Assembly (NCBI GenBank): GCA_964019335.1
Contig: OZ025761.1
Location: forward strand, 62,001 to 126,000
Reading direction: 5' to 3'
DNA from: Diplonema japonicum
Taxonomy: Eukaryota > Protista > Euglenozoa: Diplonemea
Length of the DNA: 64,000 nucleotides
Below, one piece after another: positions 10,788-21,209 of this stretch (the first letter of the stretch is position 1; the number at the start of each line of letters is the position of its first letter). The notes below the pieces were generated by a model. It worked only from the letters and a program-made list of their open reading frames with translations, was not told where the DNA came from and did not search any database. The position numbers were made by a program, and so were the translations under genes.

Positions 10788-10829
10788 ATACCAATAAAGT
10801 ACAGAAACTGTAGCTTTAGAATCGTTGGT
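10788..10829 (-). ncRNA. Spliced-leader exon (38 nt) plus GTAT donor
   Basis: Minus strand reads ACCAACGATTCTAAAGCTACAGTTTCTGTACTTTATTG|GTAT. CAGTTTCTGTACTTTATTG is the conserved kinetoplastid/diplonemid SL 3' half, and the 5' half resembles the Diplonema SL. No downstream Sm site recognised. Confidence 0.9.
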
Positions 10830-11171
10830 AAAAAAAAAAAAGAAATCTTGCCTTTTCACTGGGTTTTGGTTTTCTTTTTTGGTTTTCACGCCACGACCTC
10901 CCGTTTCAGAGCTTCAGTCAACGAAGAGATATTAAGGCGATACCAGCTCGGTATGCTGGTTACGTTGAGTGGCATTTTTTGAAGTAAGTGTTAAAAGAAC
11001 GGGAAAGCGTTACAACATTGATAACGTGGGAATGGAGACAAAAAAAAAAAAAGAAAAAAGAAATACCATACAGATTCAGCATAATGAGGGAAATAACTGA
11101 TTATTCTGATGATAAGATATGTAAAAGTGAGATCCGCAGTTTTGTAGTGAGAGGGGGGGGGGGGGGGGGGG

Positions 11172-11477
11172 AATGGGGCTTTGATTGCAACACTAGGTGG
11201 TGTTAAGCGTTCAATGAAGCACGAACTACCTACTTGATTACAGGGGGTGCCGGCCGAGCAGTAGCTTCTTCTGCGTTCCGCGTCGTGTCCTTAATGCGTG
11301 CGGTGTGCTCAACCCTAGCCGGGGCGTCCCGGTTAACCAAGATTCTGCGCTCGTGCAGTTTGCTGCCTGTTCGTCACCCTGAGCATCTGCGTTACGTTCT
11401 TCCACTCGGGCGCTACCAGTGATGACCGACGAGATCTGATGTACTTCTTATATTTCCATGTTATCCCCACCACCTTG

Positions 11478-11505
<28 letters not shown>
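11172..11505 (+). repeat. Poly(A)-tailed SINE-like repeat
   Basis: Core CTACTTGATTACAGGGGG...GTTATCCCCACCACCTTG(A)n; other copies at ~13590-13730, 23725-23830(-), 30195-30336, 37243-38430, 39480-39805(-), 49350-49460(-), 53090-53430(-). Confidence 0.8.
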
Positions 11506-11508
<3 letters not shown>

Positions 11509-12403
11509 AGAGAGAGAGTTGGTGTGCAAAGTCGGGATTTCATCCTACAGAAGGTTAAAACCCGAACAAAAGAAAGAGAGGGGAACTGGTCGTAGTCCAC
11601 ACATGCCAAGTGTGAAAGTACTATAACTCGTTAAACCAAAAAAAAAAAAAAACTCGATAAAATTTCAGTGTGCATGGGGGTGCTCACTGTTCAGGTAGAA
11701 ATTCACACTAAAAAAAAACTTGCTTCAGGAGCAAAGAAGAAATAGGAGAAGAATAAAATAAAGCGACTACAACGAAGGAATGCGGAGAGCAGAGAGAGAG
11801 GGGGGAGGGGGGAGGGGGAGGGGGGGGAAGGGCCATGCTTTCACACCGAGGATCGGTACTGAAGATCGTGTATCGAGCAAGCTTTTACCCTTATGCTCTA
11901 CGTAAGATTTCTGTTCTTACTGAGGCTCGGGGCAAAATATCGCATCAGGGGCAAGAAAGAAAATTTAAAAAAAAAAAAAAAAAGAAGGAGAAAAGAAGAA
12001 TCACCGTGATAGGACTGGTTAGCAACGGCCCACCCTCCCTAAAGACTATATCTTTTTCAAACGGTTTTCACCACAACCACCACAGTCGGCTCCAAGTGTC
12101 CATAAGTACATGGGGTGGGGTGTTTGTGGCCTAACGACACATTGGAGTGCTTCTAACCTGTGCGGTGCCGCCTCTCAGACACGGCGTGCCTGGTCCCCGT
12201 TTCTTCGCGCTTGTGTGTGTGCGCCTGGGTGACAGTTGGTAGTGGAATAGCTGATGGCAGCCGGTCAAGGTTTGCCTCATATTTGTCTCTCCTACCGAGC
12301 ACCCGTAACACTGGCACAGACTTTCTTGAAATGACTCGCTTAAGGGGAGCTGTCGTTACGCACCTAGACCCGGTCAAAAGGTCGTGCTGCCCCTGAAGAA
12401 GAA

Positions 12404-12450
<47 letters not shown>

Positions 12451-12533
12451 AGTGAGGAGGGGAGGGGGATTCAACACGATGAATAAGCCGTTCAGTTTGC
12501 GACAATATTCCCTCATTCTTCTTCCCTTCTATC

Positions 12534-13424
12534 CTAAACGTAAGAACCAGGCTGCTGCTCCACAGGCATGGGTGGCGCCGAGGGCTCGTACACTGCATAA
12601 GGGAGTGCCCACGGCTCCTCAGGGCTGGGAGCAGGGGCCAAGGGCTGTGCAGCGTAGGACCCAGCAGGGATGATGCTGAGCTTCTTCGTCACGGTGAACT
12701 GCTGGCGGTCGACGGCGCTGCTGAGGGCCATGTGAACGAAGGGCAGGATCCCGATGATGGTCGAAAAGACGTAGAGGGGGACGGTCTTGCACTTCATGCC
12801 TCCCCCAGGCGTCACCAAGAAGGCGTGCTTGAAGCCAGGGAGGTCCACTCTAACACCCTTTTCTTGGTGTGTGTCGCGTGTGTTGTGGCTCAAGAAGTGG
12901 CAGTACTGTGCTTCCATGCAGGCACCGCTTACAAAATCAGAGTAGCACAGCCCTGTGCCAATCGTCATCAGCGTGCTTTGGTTGGGTGCTGTGAAGGGAG
13001 CGCTCACGTCTTCCTGGGCATCGAAGCTGACAGGCTGTGAGGCACTGTGTGTGTACACCTTCTCTGTGCGTGTTGAAGTGCTTCCATCGCTGTTCCGGTG
13101 TGTGCTGGTCCTGTTGTGGTAGCACCTGATCCACATCACGACCGTTGCCTCCGACCTGCACCATGTCCTCACCAGCGACTCACTCTTCTCCCTGCTCACA
13201 TGTGTCCCAGCACACGCCCTCACCTCTGGCATCATCCACATCCCAATCGTTATTACTATCCACAGGAACCCAGCCACCCCGAAGAAAATAAACATTTCCC
13301 CTACAATAAATGCACAAGCAACCATTGCATAGAGGGCCAGGCTGAGCACACACATGAAGATCCGCACACATTTGGTGTTGTGGGTGTTTCTGTTGGCTGC
13401 CTTGATCAACGGCTGGCTTTCCAT
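12534..13424 (-). CDS. TMEM151-like membrane protein, copy 1
   Basis: Two N-terminal TM helices; CYH...RNSDG...EKVYTH...DVS pattern resembling TMEM151 family (SYH...RNGD...ERVNTH...DVS); C-terminal TM and PY/PSAP-rich tail. Confidence 0.75.
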   Translation of the reverse strand: MESQPLIKAANRNTHNTKCVRIFMCVLSLALYAMVACAFIVGEMFIFFGVAGFLWIVITIGMWMMPEVRACAGTHVSREKSESLVRTWCRSEATVVMWIRCYHNRTSTHRNSDGSTSTRTEKVYTHSASQPVSFDAQEDVSAPFTAPNQSTLMTIGTGLCYSDFVSGACMEAQYCHFLSHNTRDTHQEKGVRVDLPGFKHAFLVTPGGGMKCKTVPLYVFSTIIGILPFVHMALSSAVDRQQFTVTKKLSIIPAGSYAAQPLAPAPSPEEPWALPYAVYEPSAPPMPVEQQPGSYV

Positions 13425-14516
13425 TTTTTGACTTTTTTTTTTTTTTTTTTTTTGTCGCTCCCTTTCTTTTTTTTTTTAAATTTGAATCTTTTGGAAATAA
13501 AACAAAAGAAAAGTTAGGTCGGGACCAAAAAAGAGAAAGATTGGTCATGGCTCGTTATTCTTCCTTTTGAGATCGAAAATGAGGAAATATATGTAAGTTA
13601 AAGTTAAGGAGGCCGGTGTTGGTAGCGCCCTGCACAAGAACTGTCTACTTGATTACAGGGGGTGCACCGCAGCCGAGTTGTAGCTTCTTCTGCGTTCCGC
13701 GCCGTGTCTTTAATGCGTGCTGTGTACAGCTCCGAAAAATAAAGGGGGAAGGGGATAAGAACGGAAAAGGAATAAGAAAAAGAAAGTGGAAAAGATAAAA
13801 GTTACTTCGCGAATCACTTTTTTGCAGGTTGTTGAAATGATTAATGGGAGAAAGGAGAGCGAGTAAAGAAAGAAATAGAAGAATTGATAAATTTCGGTAT
13901 TCGCGTGGCAAAACACTACAGTAACTTCTCACATTTCTTTTATGCCTCATTGGGGTTTAGCATGAAATGTAGCGAAGGGGAGCGAAAAACATGAAGTCGT
14001 GGCAGAAAGAAAATCTTCTAAAGAAAAGGAGACTATTTAAGGGTGCCTGCAGTATGTGGCAGGGCGCCCTAAAAAAATCTTCTAAAGAAGAAAAAAAAAA
14101 AAAAACACACACCATGGTCAGGGGAGCAATATGGAGATTATTGCCAACAAATTATGAGTCATTATTTAACTCGAGTTCCTGGATTTTTTGCACGAGGGCC
14201 CGCAATTATGGCCGTTTTGCGTTAAATTATGAGGCCCTTAGTGAGTGAAGAAAATGACGAAGAGTGAAATAAATTCTTTTTTTAAAAAAAGGAATTAACT
14301 GCCTCGTTTCACTTCGGTTCACAAATTCCTCTCCCAAGGGGGGTGGAGCGAAGTGAAGTGAAGAAGTTTTGCTTCAATTTTAGCCTATTTGCTTCATTTG
14401 GGGGTAATTTGGGTCCCCCTCCACCAGTCTCCAGAATTGCTCCCCCAGGGCGAAACATATTTGATTCACATTAAGAATCCTGGTCTGTTGTGAACGCGAG
14501 ACCTTCTTACGTGACC

Positions 14517-14550
<34 letters not shown>

Positions 14551-15060
14551 CCCTCTTGAAAGCAAGGAAATACCCCCCCAAAAAAAAGAAATAGACATCA
14601 TAAAATAACTAAAAATCCCTTTTCTCCTGAGTTTTTAGTTTTCTTTTAGGTTTTCACGCCATTTCAAGTATGTATTTAAAGAATGGGACAGTGTTGAAAC
14701 ATTGATAACGTGGAATGGAAATCTTTTGAGGAGGGGCGGGTGACACGTCACGAGGTCAAAGAAATACCATACAGATTCAGAATAATGAGAGAAACAATTG
14801 ATTCTTTTGATATGTGTTATGCTAAGGCGGGATCCGCAGTTTTGTATGAGAGAAAAAAAGAAAAGAAAACTAATCGTTGTTCATACATGCAGGGAATCGG
14901 AGAAACCTGGAAGCTTACACAAAGAATGCGGAAAAGTACAGAAGGGGGGGGGGGGGGGGGGGGGAGAAGAGAGGAGAGGGGGGGAGGGGAGGGGGATTCA
15001 ACACGATGAATAAGCCGTTCAGTTTGCGACAATATTCCCTCATTCTTCTTCCCTTCTATC

Positions 15061-15951
15061 CTAAACGTAAGAACCAGGCTGCTGCTCCACAGGCATGGGT
15101 GGTGCCGAGGGCTCGTACACTGCATAAGGGAGTGCCCACGGCTCCTCAGGGCTGGGAGCAGGGGCCAAGGGCTGTGCAGCGTAGGACCCAGCAGGGATGA
15201 TGCTGAGCTTCTTCGTCACGGTGAACTGCTGGCGGTCGACGGCGCTGCTGAGGGCCATGTGAACGAAGGGCAGGATCCCGATGATGGTCGAAAAGACGTA
15301 GAGGGGGACGGTCTTGCACTTCATGCCTCCCCCAGGCGTCACCAAGAAGGCGTGCTTGAAGCCAGGGAGGTCCACTCTAACACCCTTTTCTTGGTGTGTG
15401 TCGCGTGTGTTGTGGCTCAAGAAGTGGCAGTACTGTGCTTCCATGCAGGCACCGCTTACAAAATCAGAGTAGCACAGCCCTGTGCCAATCGTCATCAGCG
15501 TGCTTTGGTTGGGTGCTGTGAAGGGAGCGCTCACGTCTTCCTGGGCATCGAAGCTGACAGGCTGTGAGGCACTGTGTGTGTACACCTTCTCTGTGCGTGT
15601 TGAAGTGCTTCCATCGCTGTTCCGGTGTGTGCTGGTCCTGTTGTGGTAGCACCTGATCCACATCACGACCGTTGCCTCCGACCTGCACCATGTCCTCACC
15701 AGCGACTCACTCTTCTCCCTGCTCACATGTGTCCCAGCACACGCCCTCACCTCTGGCATCATCCACATCCCAATCGTTATTACTATCCACAGGAACCCAG
15801 CCACCCCGAAGAAAATAAACATTTCCCCTACAATAAATGCGCAAGCAACCATTGCATAGAGGGCCAGGCTGAGCACACACATGAAGATCCGCACACATTT
15901 GGTGTTGTGGGTGTTTCTGTTGGCTGCCTTGATCAACGGCTGGCTTTCCAT
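15061..15951 (-). CDS. TMEM151-like membrane protein, copy 2
   Basis: Protein identical to 12534-13424; offset 2527 bp. Confidence 0.75.
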   Translation of the reverse strand: MESQPLIKAANRNTHNTKCVRIFMCVLSLALYAMVACAFIVGEMFIFFGVAGFLWIVITIGMWMMPEVRACAGTHVSREKSESLVRTWCRSEATVVMWIRCYHNRTSTHRNSDGSTSTRTEKVYTHSASQPVSFDAQEDVSAPFTAPNQSTLMTIGTGLCYSDFVSGACMEAQYCHFLSHNTRDTHQEKGVRVDLPGFKHAFLVTPGGGMKCKTVPLYVFSTIIGILPFVHMALSSAVDRQQFTVTKKLSIIPAGSYAAQPLAPAPSPEEPWALPYAVYEPSAPPMPVEQQPGSYV

Positions 15952-16085
15952 TATTTTTTTTTTTTTGTTACAAATATTTATCTTTCAAAAAATGATTTTA
16001 TAACTATATGCAACTTGTGCCGAGCAAAAAACTTTCGCAGCTTTTTCAAAATCTTTTTTGCTCGTGCGAACAACAAAAAAGTAAA

Positions 16086-16997
16086 ATGCCGCCGAAGACT
16101 GCCAAAGCGGGTGGAGAGAGGGTTGGATCACCCACCTCCCCGCCTCCGTGCCAGACGCCAGGCCGGAGTGAGGCGACCCCTAAGAGAACCAGGGTCGACC
16201 GGCTCGTCGAGCAGGCCGTTCAGAGGGCCATCTCCGAGCTGCTCCCCACGGTTAGGGACCGGGTGGAGAGTTCGCACCTTGGGTCGGGACATCGGCTGGA
16301 ACTCTCAGCCGACCGAGCTGATCGAGGGCCAAGCGCCGAGGGTACGACTGGGGTCAACCTCCCCGGAATTCGCGACGGAAGGCGCAGACGCCTAGCCTCG
16401 CAGTCTTCCGCGGACTCGGAGGGTTTTCGCGACGAGCCAAGCGCCGACGACTCACCACAGGACAACCCCGACACTCAGGCTCCCCCACCGCTATGGGGTC
16501 TGCAAGCCTTAGAGCCGTCGAAGTGGGCGTGGTTAGAGCCGGGCGAGCGCCCCATGGTGGTGGCCAACATCGCCATGCAGTACAGGCAGCTGACCGTCGG
16601 GCCCCACGCTTGGGAGGCAGGCATGCGGGTCAAGGACCTGCAGGAGATCGTAATGGCCATTGGCTGTCAAGACCCGGTGGAGCTAAACTCAACGCTTGTC
16701 CGCCTCGCCGAGCGAGCCATCGTCCGCCTGCAGGCCCTAGAGAGGGGCAGCAGGGACAACTGGGAGGCCGCCGACGCGATCCAGCAGGCGTTCGACGGGC
16801 AGTCGGTCCCTACTTTTTTGAGAAAGGGAGAACGCCTGGCCGAAGAGCTCACCCGTCGACGCAGGAAGCGAAAGCTCACGGACAGCGCTACAATGAGGGG
16901 AGGCAAAAGCCGCAGGGAAGGCAGGGCATCTGGGGAGAACGAGGGCGGATCCCGCAGAGGAGACAGGTCTGGATCGAGGGATCGGCGCAGGAAATGA
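16086..16997 (+). CDS. ORF1 (gag-like) of YR family 1
   Basis: ATG immediately after repeat A1; basic R/G-rich C-terminus; its TGA overlaps the next ATG (ATGA at 16994-16997). Confidence 0.65.
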   Translation: MPPKTAKAGGERVGSPTSPPPCQTPGRSEATPKRTRVDRLVEQAVQRAISELLPTVRDRVESSHLGSGHRLELSADRADRGPSAEGTTGVNLPGIRDGRRRRLASQSSADSEGFRDEPSADDSPQDNPDTQAPPPLWGLQALEPSKWAWLEPGERPMVVANIAMQYRQLTVGPHAWEAGMRVKDLQEIVMAIGCQDPVELNSTLVRLAERAIVRLQALERGSRDNWEAADAIQQAFDGQSVPTFLRKGERLAEELTRRRRKRKLTDSATMRGGKSRREGRASGENEGGSRRGDRSGSRDRRRK

Positions 16998-18585
16998 CAG
17001 CGTTGACAGCCTCTCCCCCTGCACCCCACGTACCCCACGCCCCTTATCCAAACTCACATTCTCTTCCTCTCTCTCCCTCTCGACAAACAAACAATGTTCC
17101 CTCGCTAGGAAGGCCGAAAGTCACCGAACTCCCGCTCACCGCGAAGCAGAAGGTCAGGGTCTCCCGGGAAGCCGGCCGGCACATGAGGAGCGCCCTCAGC
17201 AAGCAGTACTGGGCCAGCATCACGTCGGTCTACAGACGTTTCCTGGAGTTCAGGAAGCACTGGGACGTCCCCTCCACTCCTTGGGCCATCATCCTTTTCG
17301 TCACCAAGTTGATGACACTGAACGACCTGAAGAGGGCGACTGCAAAGACCTCTTCTTTGCTCAGGTGAAATTCCCTTTTTCTTTTTTCCACAGTTCCGCC
17401 AAGGTCAGCCAGGGTGCTGACTACGACCCTTTGGACGGTTTCGAGACTTTCCCCTCGGCTGACCCCTTCATTGGATATGATGCAGAACCGCGTTTGTTTG
17501 GCGTCTCGCCTCCTGCCCAGCGGGGTTCAGACGGCGACATCGCGGCGATATCGAGAAGCAGGATCAGTGTCCCTGCCCTCAAAGAGTTGGACGAGCGTGG
17601 GATCCTTGACGGTGTCGTCCATGTCATCTGCTGTGAACATGTTTTCCGGGGTGCGCTGAAGGAAGGGGCATTGACAGAGATGGAGGCTCCGAGGTACTTG
17701 AGGGGCACATCGCGGGGCATGCTTCGCCACCTCCCGACGCTCAGAGATTACGGAGTCCTGAGGAAAGTGAAGATCGACCACCCGAAGGTCATCCTCCCCC
17801 TGTTCACCGTGCCAAAGAAGTCGGGAGATCTCCGTCTGGTTCAGGACGGCAGGAAGCTGAACCTCTTGATGAAGCCACCCCCCCAGATGTTTTTGCCGCC
17901 GATCTTGGAGGTGATCGAGCGCTTCCTACGCGCAAGGTATGTTGTGACGGCAGATGCGAGGAGTTGGTTTTACCAGTTCCCGCTGTCACCCGCGGTAGCG
18001 ATGTTCTTCGGGGCGAGAGTTTCTGGCTGGAGGGGCCAGTTCAGCACCGTGGTGATGGACGTGATGGCAATGGGGTGGAGTTGGGCGCCAGCTATCGCGC
18101 AGAGGACCGCCACGGTGTTGCTGCCGGAGGAGCAGGGTGTGTGCTGGATTGACAACTTCTTCGTCCTAGCACAGAGCCGCGAGGAAGCTCTCGGGAGGTT
18201 CGGTTGCTTTTTGCAGAGGTGCGAGAAGGTCGGGGTGGACCTGCACTTCGACGAGGCCGGTGCGGGCGTGCCAAACCAGGAGTTCGAGGCTTTGGGGCTT
18301 GCTTTTGATCTTGCAGCAGCCTGGGAAGGAGCTTTCATGGCCCTCCGTGGGGGGTCCCACTGCAAGGTATCGCTGATGGTCGACAACCTGCCTGCTGTGT
18401 ACGCGATGCAGAAGGGGCTGTCATCTAGCTTCATGGGAAATAAGATAATTGCTGACATATACACTCTCGTAGAGGAGCGTCAGGCAAATCTCCACGCCCA
18501 GTGGGTTTCCACACACGAGCAGAAGGCAGACCCATTCACGCGGGGCGTTACGCACCCGGGGGCAAGATCAGGCCACTTCCTGTAG
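16994..18585 (+). pseudogene. Truncated YR N-terminus plus RT/RNase H remnant
   Basis: FTVPKKSGDLRLVQDGR, ADARSWFYQF, MGWSWAP, WIDNF; RH C-half VDN...WVSTHEQKADPFTR; YR catalytic domain and RH N-terminus missing. Confidence 0.85.
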
Positions 18586-19064
18586 TGAGAGACGCCTCCA
18601 CGGCCCCGCCGTTACGGCACCGCGTTCCGCGGTCCCAGAGGGTCCTGAAGCGAACAACAAAGACATATAGTCATAAAGAATTATTTTTGTTACAAATATT
18701 TATCTTTCAAAAAATGATTTTATAACTATATGCAACTTGTGCCGAGCAAAAAACTTTCGCAGCTTTTTAAAGATTTTTTTTGCTCGTGCGAACAACAAAG
18801 ACATATAGTCATAAAGAATTATTTTTTTTTTTTGTGCTGTGAAGAAGTGAAAAAACCCCAGTCCACGAACTGTTTGGGTCCTCTTGGTCTTGGTGGTTCA
18901 TGCCCTTAGGACCAACGGGCCTGCGTGTTGCTTTTAATACCTTGTCAGGGGGGGGGGGGGATAGAGCATAAAAAGGGGGGGGGGTGACTTAACGTTCGAA
19001 GGCAGAGCAAAAAAAAGGGAAGGGGTCAAACCTGAGCATCTGCATAATGTTGCTTGGGTTTGTG

Positions 19065-19098
<34 letters not shown>

Positions 19099-19107
19099 GC
19101 AAGGGTT

Positions 19108-20199
19108 TCAGGGGGTTGCACTGGGTGGCACAAGAGGGCCCCGTAGCATCTTGCCTTTGTCCGTGAGCGCCCTGTGGGTGCAGTGAGTCATGTCCTTGGT
19201 AATATGACGGTTCACCCAAGAAGCTTCTTTAGCCTCTTTCGGGCACGGCGCGCTCGGATCGGAGTTGTAGTTCCTCCAAGCTACATGGCTGTCCTCGCAC
19301 TGCTGAACAATACTCCCCTCGACAGCTTCCGTAGGGCGGCCAACGATATGTCCTACAGCCGGACAGTGCCCCATTAGTATGTACAGAGCATCCGTACCAT
19401 TCTTATCAAAGAGACAGGTCGCGTCCGGTGGGATGTCAATCTCGACCCCCATCTCTTCAAGGAACTCCCTCTTAGCTGCATCAGCAACCGTCTCATCCTT
19501 CGGGGCAATGTCACCACCAGGCAGCACATAGGACCGCTTTGTGTTGGGACCTGTGTTCCTGAACGTTCGCATGTTCTCGAAGATGAGCACCTCCTCGCTT
19601 CCCTCGTCCCTCTGGAAGATGCCGTAAACCTTTTTCACCCAGTGCTCGCCCCACCGCACATACCCCTGAGGCCTCTTTCCCTTCTCTCCACAAAGCTGCA
19701 CATATATTCTTCTGATGCACTTCTTGGGGTCGATGTTTTTCTTTTCCCCCTCACGGTAGATTGTTTTGATGTGCGTTGTGTTACAAGGTAGCATCTCCAG
19801 CCTGAAGCCAGGCTGGTGCAGGAACTCATGCACGCCCTGCAGACCCTCCAAAACCTCTTTCAGGTCTTCAGGGACAGAGATGATACAGTGCGGCAGGTGG
19901 CTGAGCTCCACTTCGATGTCAAGAAGCGTCCCGGCGAAGTCTTCAAGCTCAGGGAGCCTTACATAATCCCCTACCTCCCTTGTGGGCATCGCCAGCAGGG
20001 CTGAGAGGGCGTGCTTTATTCTCACTGCGTCCTTGTTATCAGCACTAAACATGTCGCCTACCATGACAGGAAGCATGCATAAGTAGGTGGCTGCTTCTGA
20101 ACTCTTGCGGAACTTGTTGGGTTCACGCTTACTGGCTTTACGCTTGCTGTGGAATTTGTCGTCGATCGTGCTTGTCTCCCGTGTGCGGGCTTTGAACAT
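19108..20199 (-). CDS. Nudix-box protein with unknown N-terminal domain
   Basis: LPGGDIAPKDETVADAAKREFLEEMGV; likely start MFKART at 20199 (ORF open to 20310). Confidence 0.8.
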   Translation of the reverse strand: MFKARTRETSTIDDKFHSKRKASKREPNKFRKSSEAATYLCMLPVMVGDMFSADNKDAVRIKHALSALLAMPTREVGDYVRLPELEDFAGTLLDIEVELSHLPHCIISVPEDLKEVLEGLQGVHEFLHQPGFRLEMLPCNTTHIKTIYREGEKKNIDPKKCIRRIYVQLCGEKGKRPQGYVRWGEHWVKKVYGIFQRDEGSEEVLIFENMRTFRNTGPNTKRSYVLPGGDIAPKDETVADAAKREFLEEMGVEIDIPPDATCLFDKNGTDALYILMGHCPAVGHIVGRPTEAVEGSIVQQCEDSHVAWRNYNSDPSAPCPKEAKEASWVNRHITKDMTHCTHRALTDKGKMLRGPLVPPSATP

Positions 20200-20702
20200 C
20201 TTGTTGGCTCTCTCTCTCTGTGATGTGTAAGTGTGGGGAATAGGAAGAGTCGTTGTGAATACATGGCATGTTTCTTCTTTTTGAGGTGAAAGATAAAAGA
20301 AAGAATGCATGAAAAAAAAAGAAGAAGAAGAACAAGAAAAAAAGAAAAGGGTACTTGCACTTCAACTTCTAAGATATCGAAGGCTGTCAACCAGGAACTG
20401 GGGCTCCTTTATCTCGATGTTGTGTAAAAAGGGGGGTGAAACGCGTAAAAGCTTCTGTAAAAAAGCGAACGCTGGATAACAAAAAAAAGGGGGGTTGCAA
20501 AAACCTCAGAAGACGAAAGGCTAAAGCTGTAAATTTAGTATCTTTTTTGAGGGTACTTTTTTTGGTAAACCAAGAAACAAAAATACACAAGGGTGAGAAG
20601 AGTAGCAGAAGGAAGCCAAAGGGTGCGGTAGTAAAAAAATGAATTGGCAAAGAGGAAAAGAGGGAAGAGAAGCAGATAAAAGGGAATAATCATGCAAGCG
20701 TA

Positions 20703-21120
20703 GACACGGGGGCAGGGAACAAGCTCCAAGCCGATCCCAAGTATGGAATAACCCTACACTGCAGATCCAAGCTTGAGTACCACCCAACATCAACTAAGGC
20801 TGAAACACCCCCCTCCCACTACCTCCCTCTATCATTTGCGTTTATCGGTGATTGTGAAGAGGAAGAAAGGAAAAAGAGAGAGGTAGAAAACCCACCTTTT
20901 TATTTTTTCCCACAATTTCCACACCCACAATTTTGTGGTATGAGTACTCCCCTCCCCCCTTCCCAAAAGGTGAAGAAGCACCTGTTAAAAACTAGCAGCT
21001 ATGATTTGCTTGTGTTCTTCTTTTTTTTTTTGACTCTTTGATTCCTGTTTTCCCTTTCCCCCACCCACCCCACACCCCCCCCCCCCCCCCCCCCTGGCTG
21101 GGAAGAGGGAAAAAGAAAGA
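20703..21120 (+). repeat. Dispersed ~450-bp repeat
   Basis: GGAATAACCCTACACTGCAGATCCAAGCTTGAGTACCACCC core; also at 23228-23665 (-) and ~36660-37130 (+). Confidence 0.8.
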
Positions 21121-21209
21121 AAAGAGAACGGTCTGGCCAGCCTAAAAAAAAAAGAGGCTTATTTTTTTATAAAAAGAAAGAAGAAGAAGAAGAAGAAGAG
21201 GAAGAAAAT

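Larger units (their letters stand above)
5806..10829 (-). mobile_element. Non-LTR retrotransposon with SL-derived 5' end and T/TTTC-rich 3' tail
   Basis: Single RT ORF; the 5' boundary coincides with the first base of an SL exon; the 3' UTR ends in a pyrimidine tail; possible TTTCTTTTTTT TSD obscured by homopolymers. Confidence 0.85.
15955..18830 (+). mobile_element. Tyrosine-recombinase retrotransposon family 1 (VIPER/TATE-like), internally deleted
   Basis: Split direct repeats A1 (~15965-16076), B1 (~18650-18688), A2 (~18687-18799), B2 (~18788-18826); ORF order gag-like, YR fragment, RT-RH. Confidence 0.85.

Noticed and set aside
10788-10829. Functional SL RNA gene or SLACS-type insertion into an SL array
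   Set aside because: No SL sequence at the element's 3' flank, no tandem SL units and no Sm site or T-tract terminator recognised downstream.
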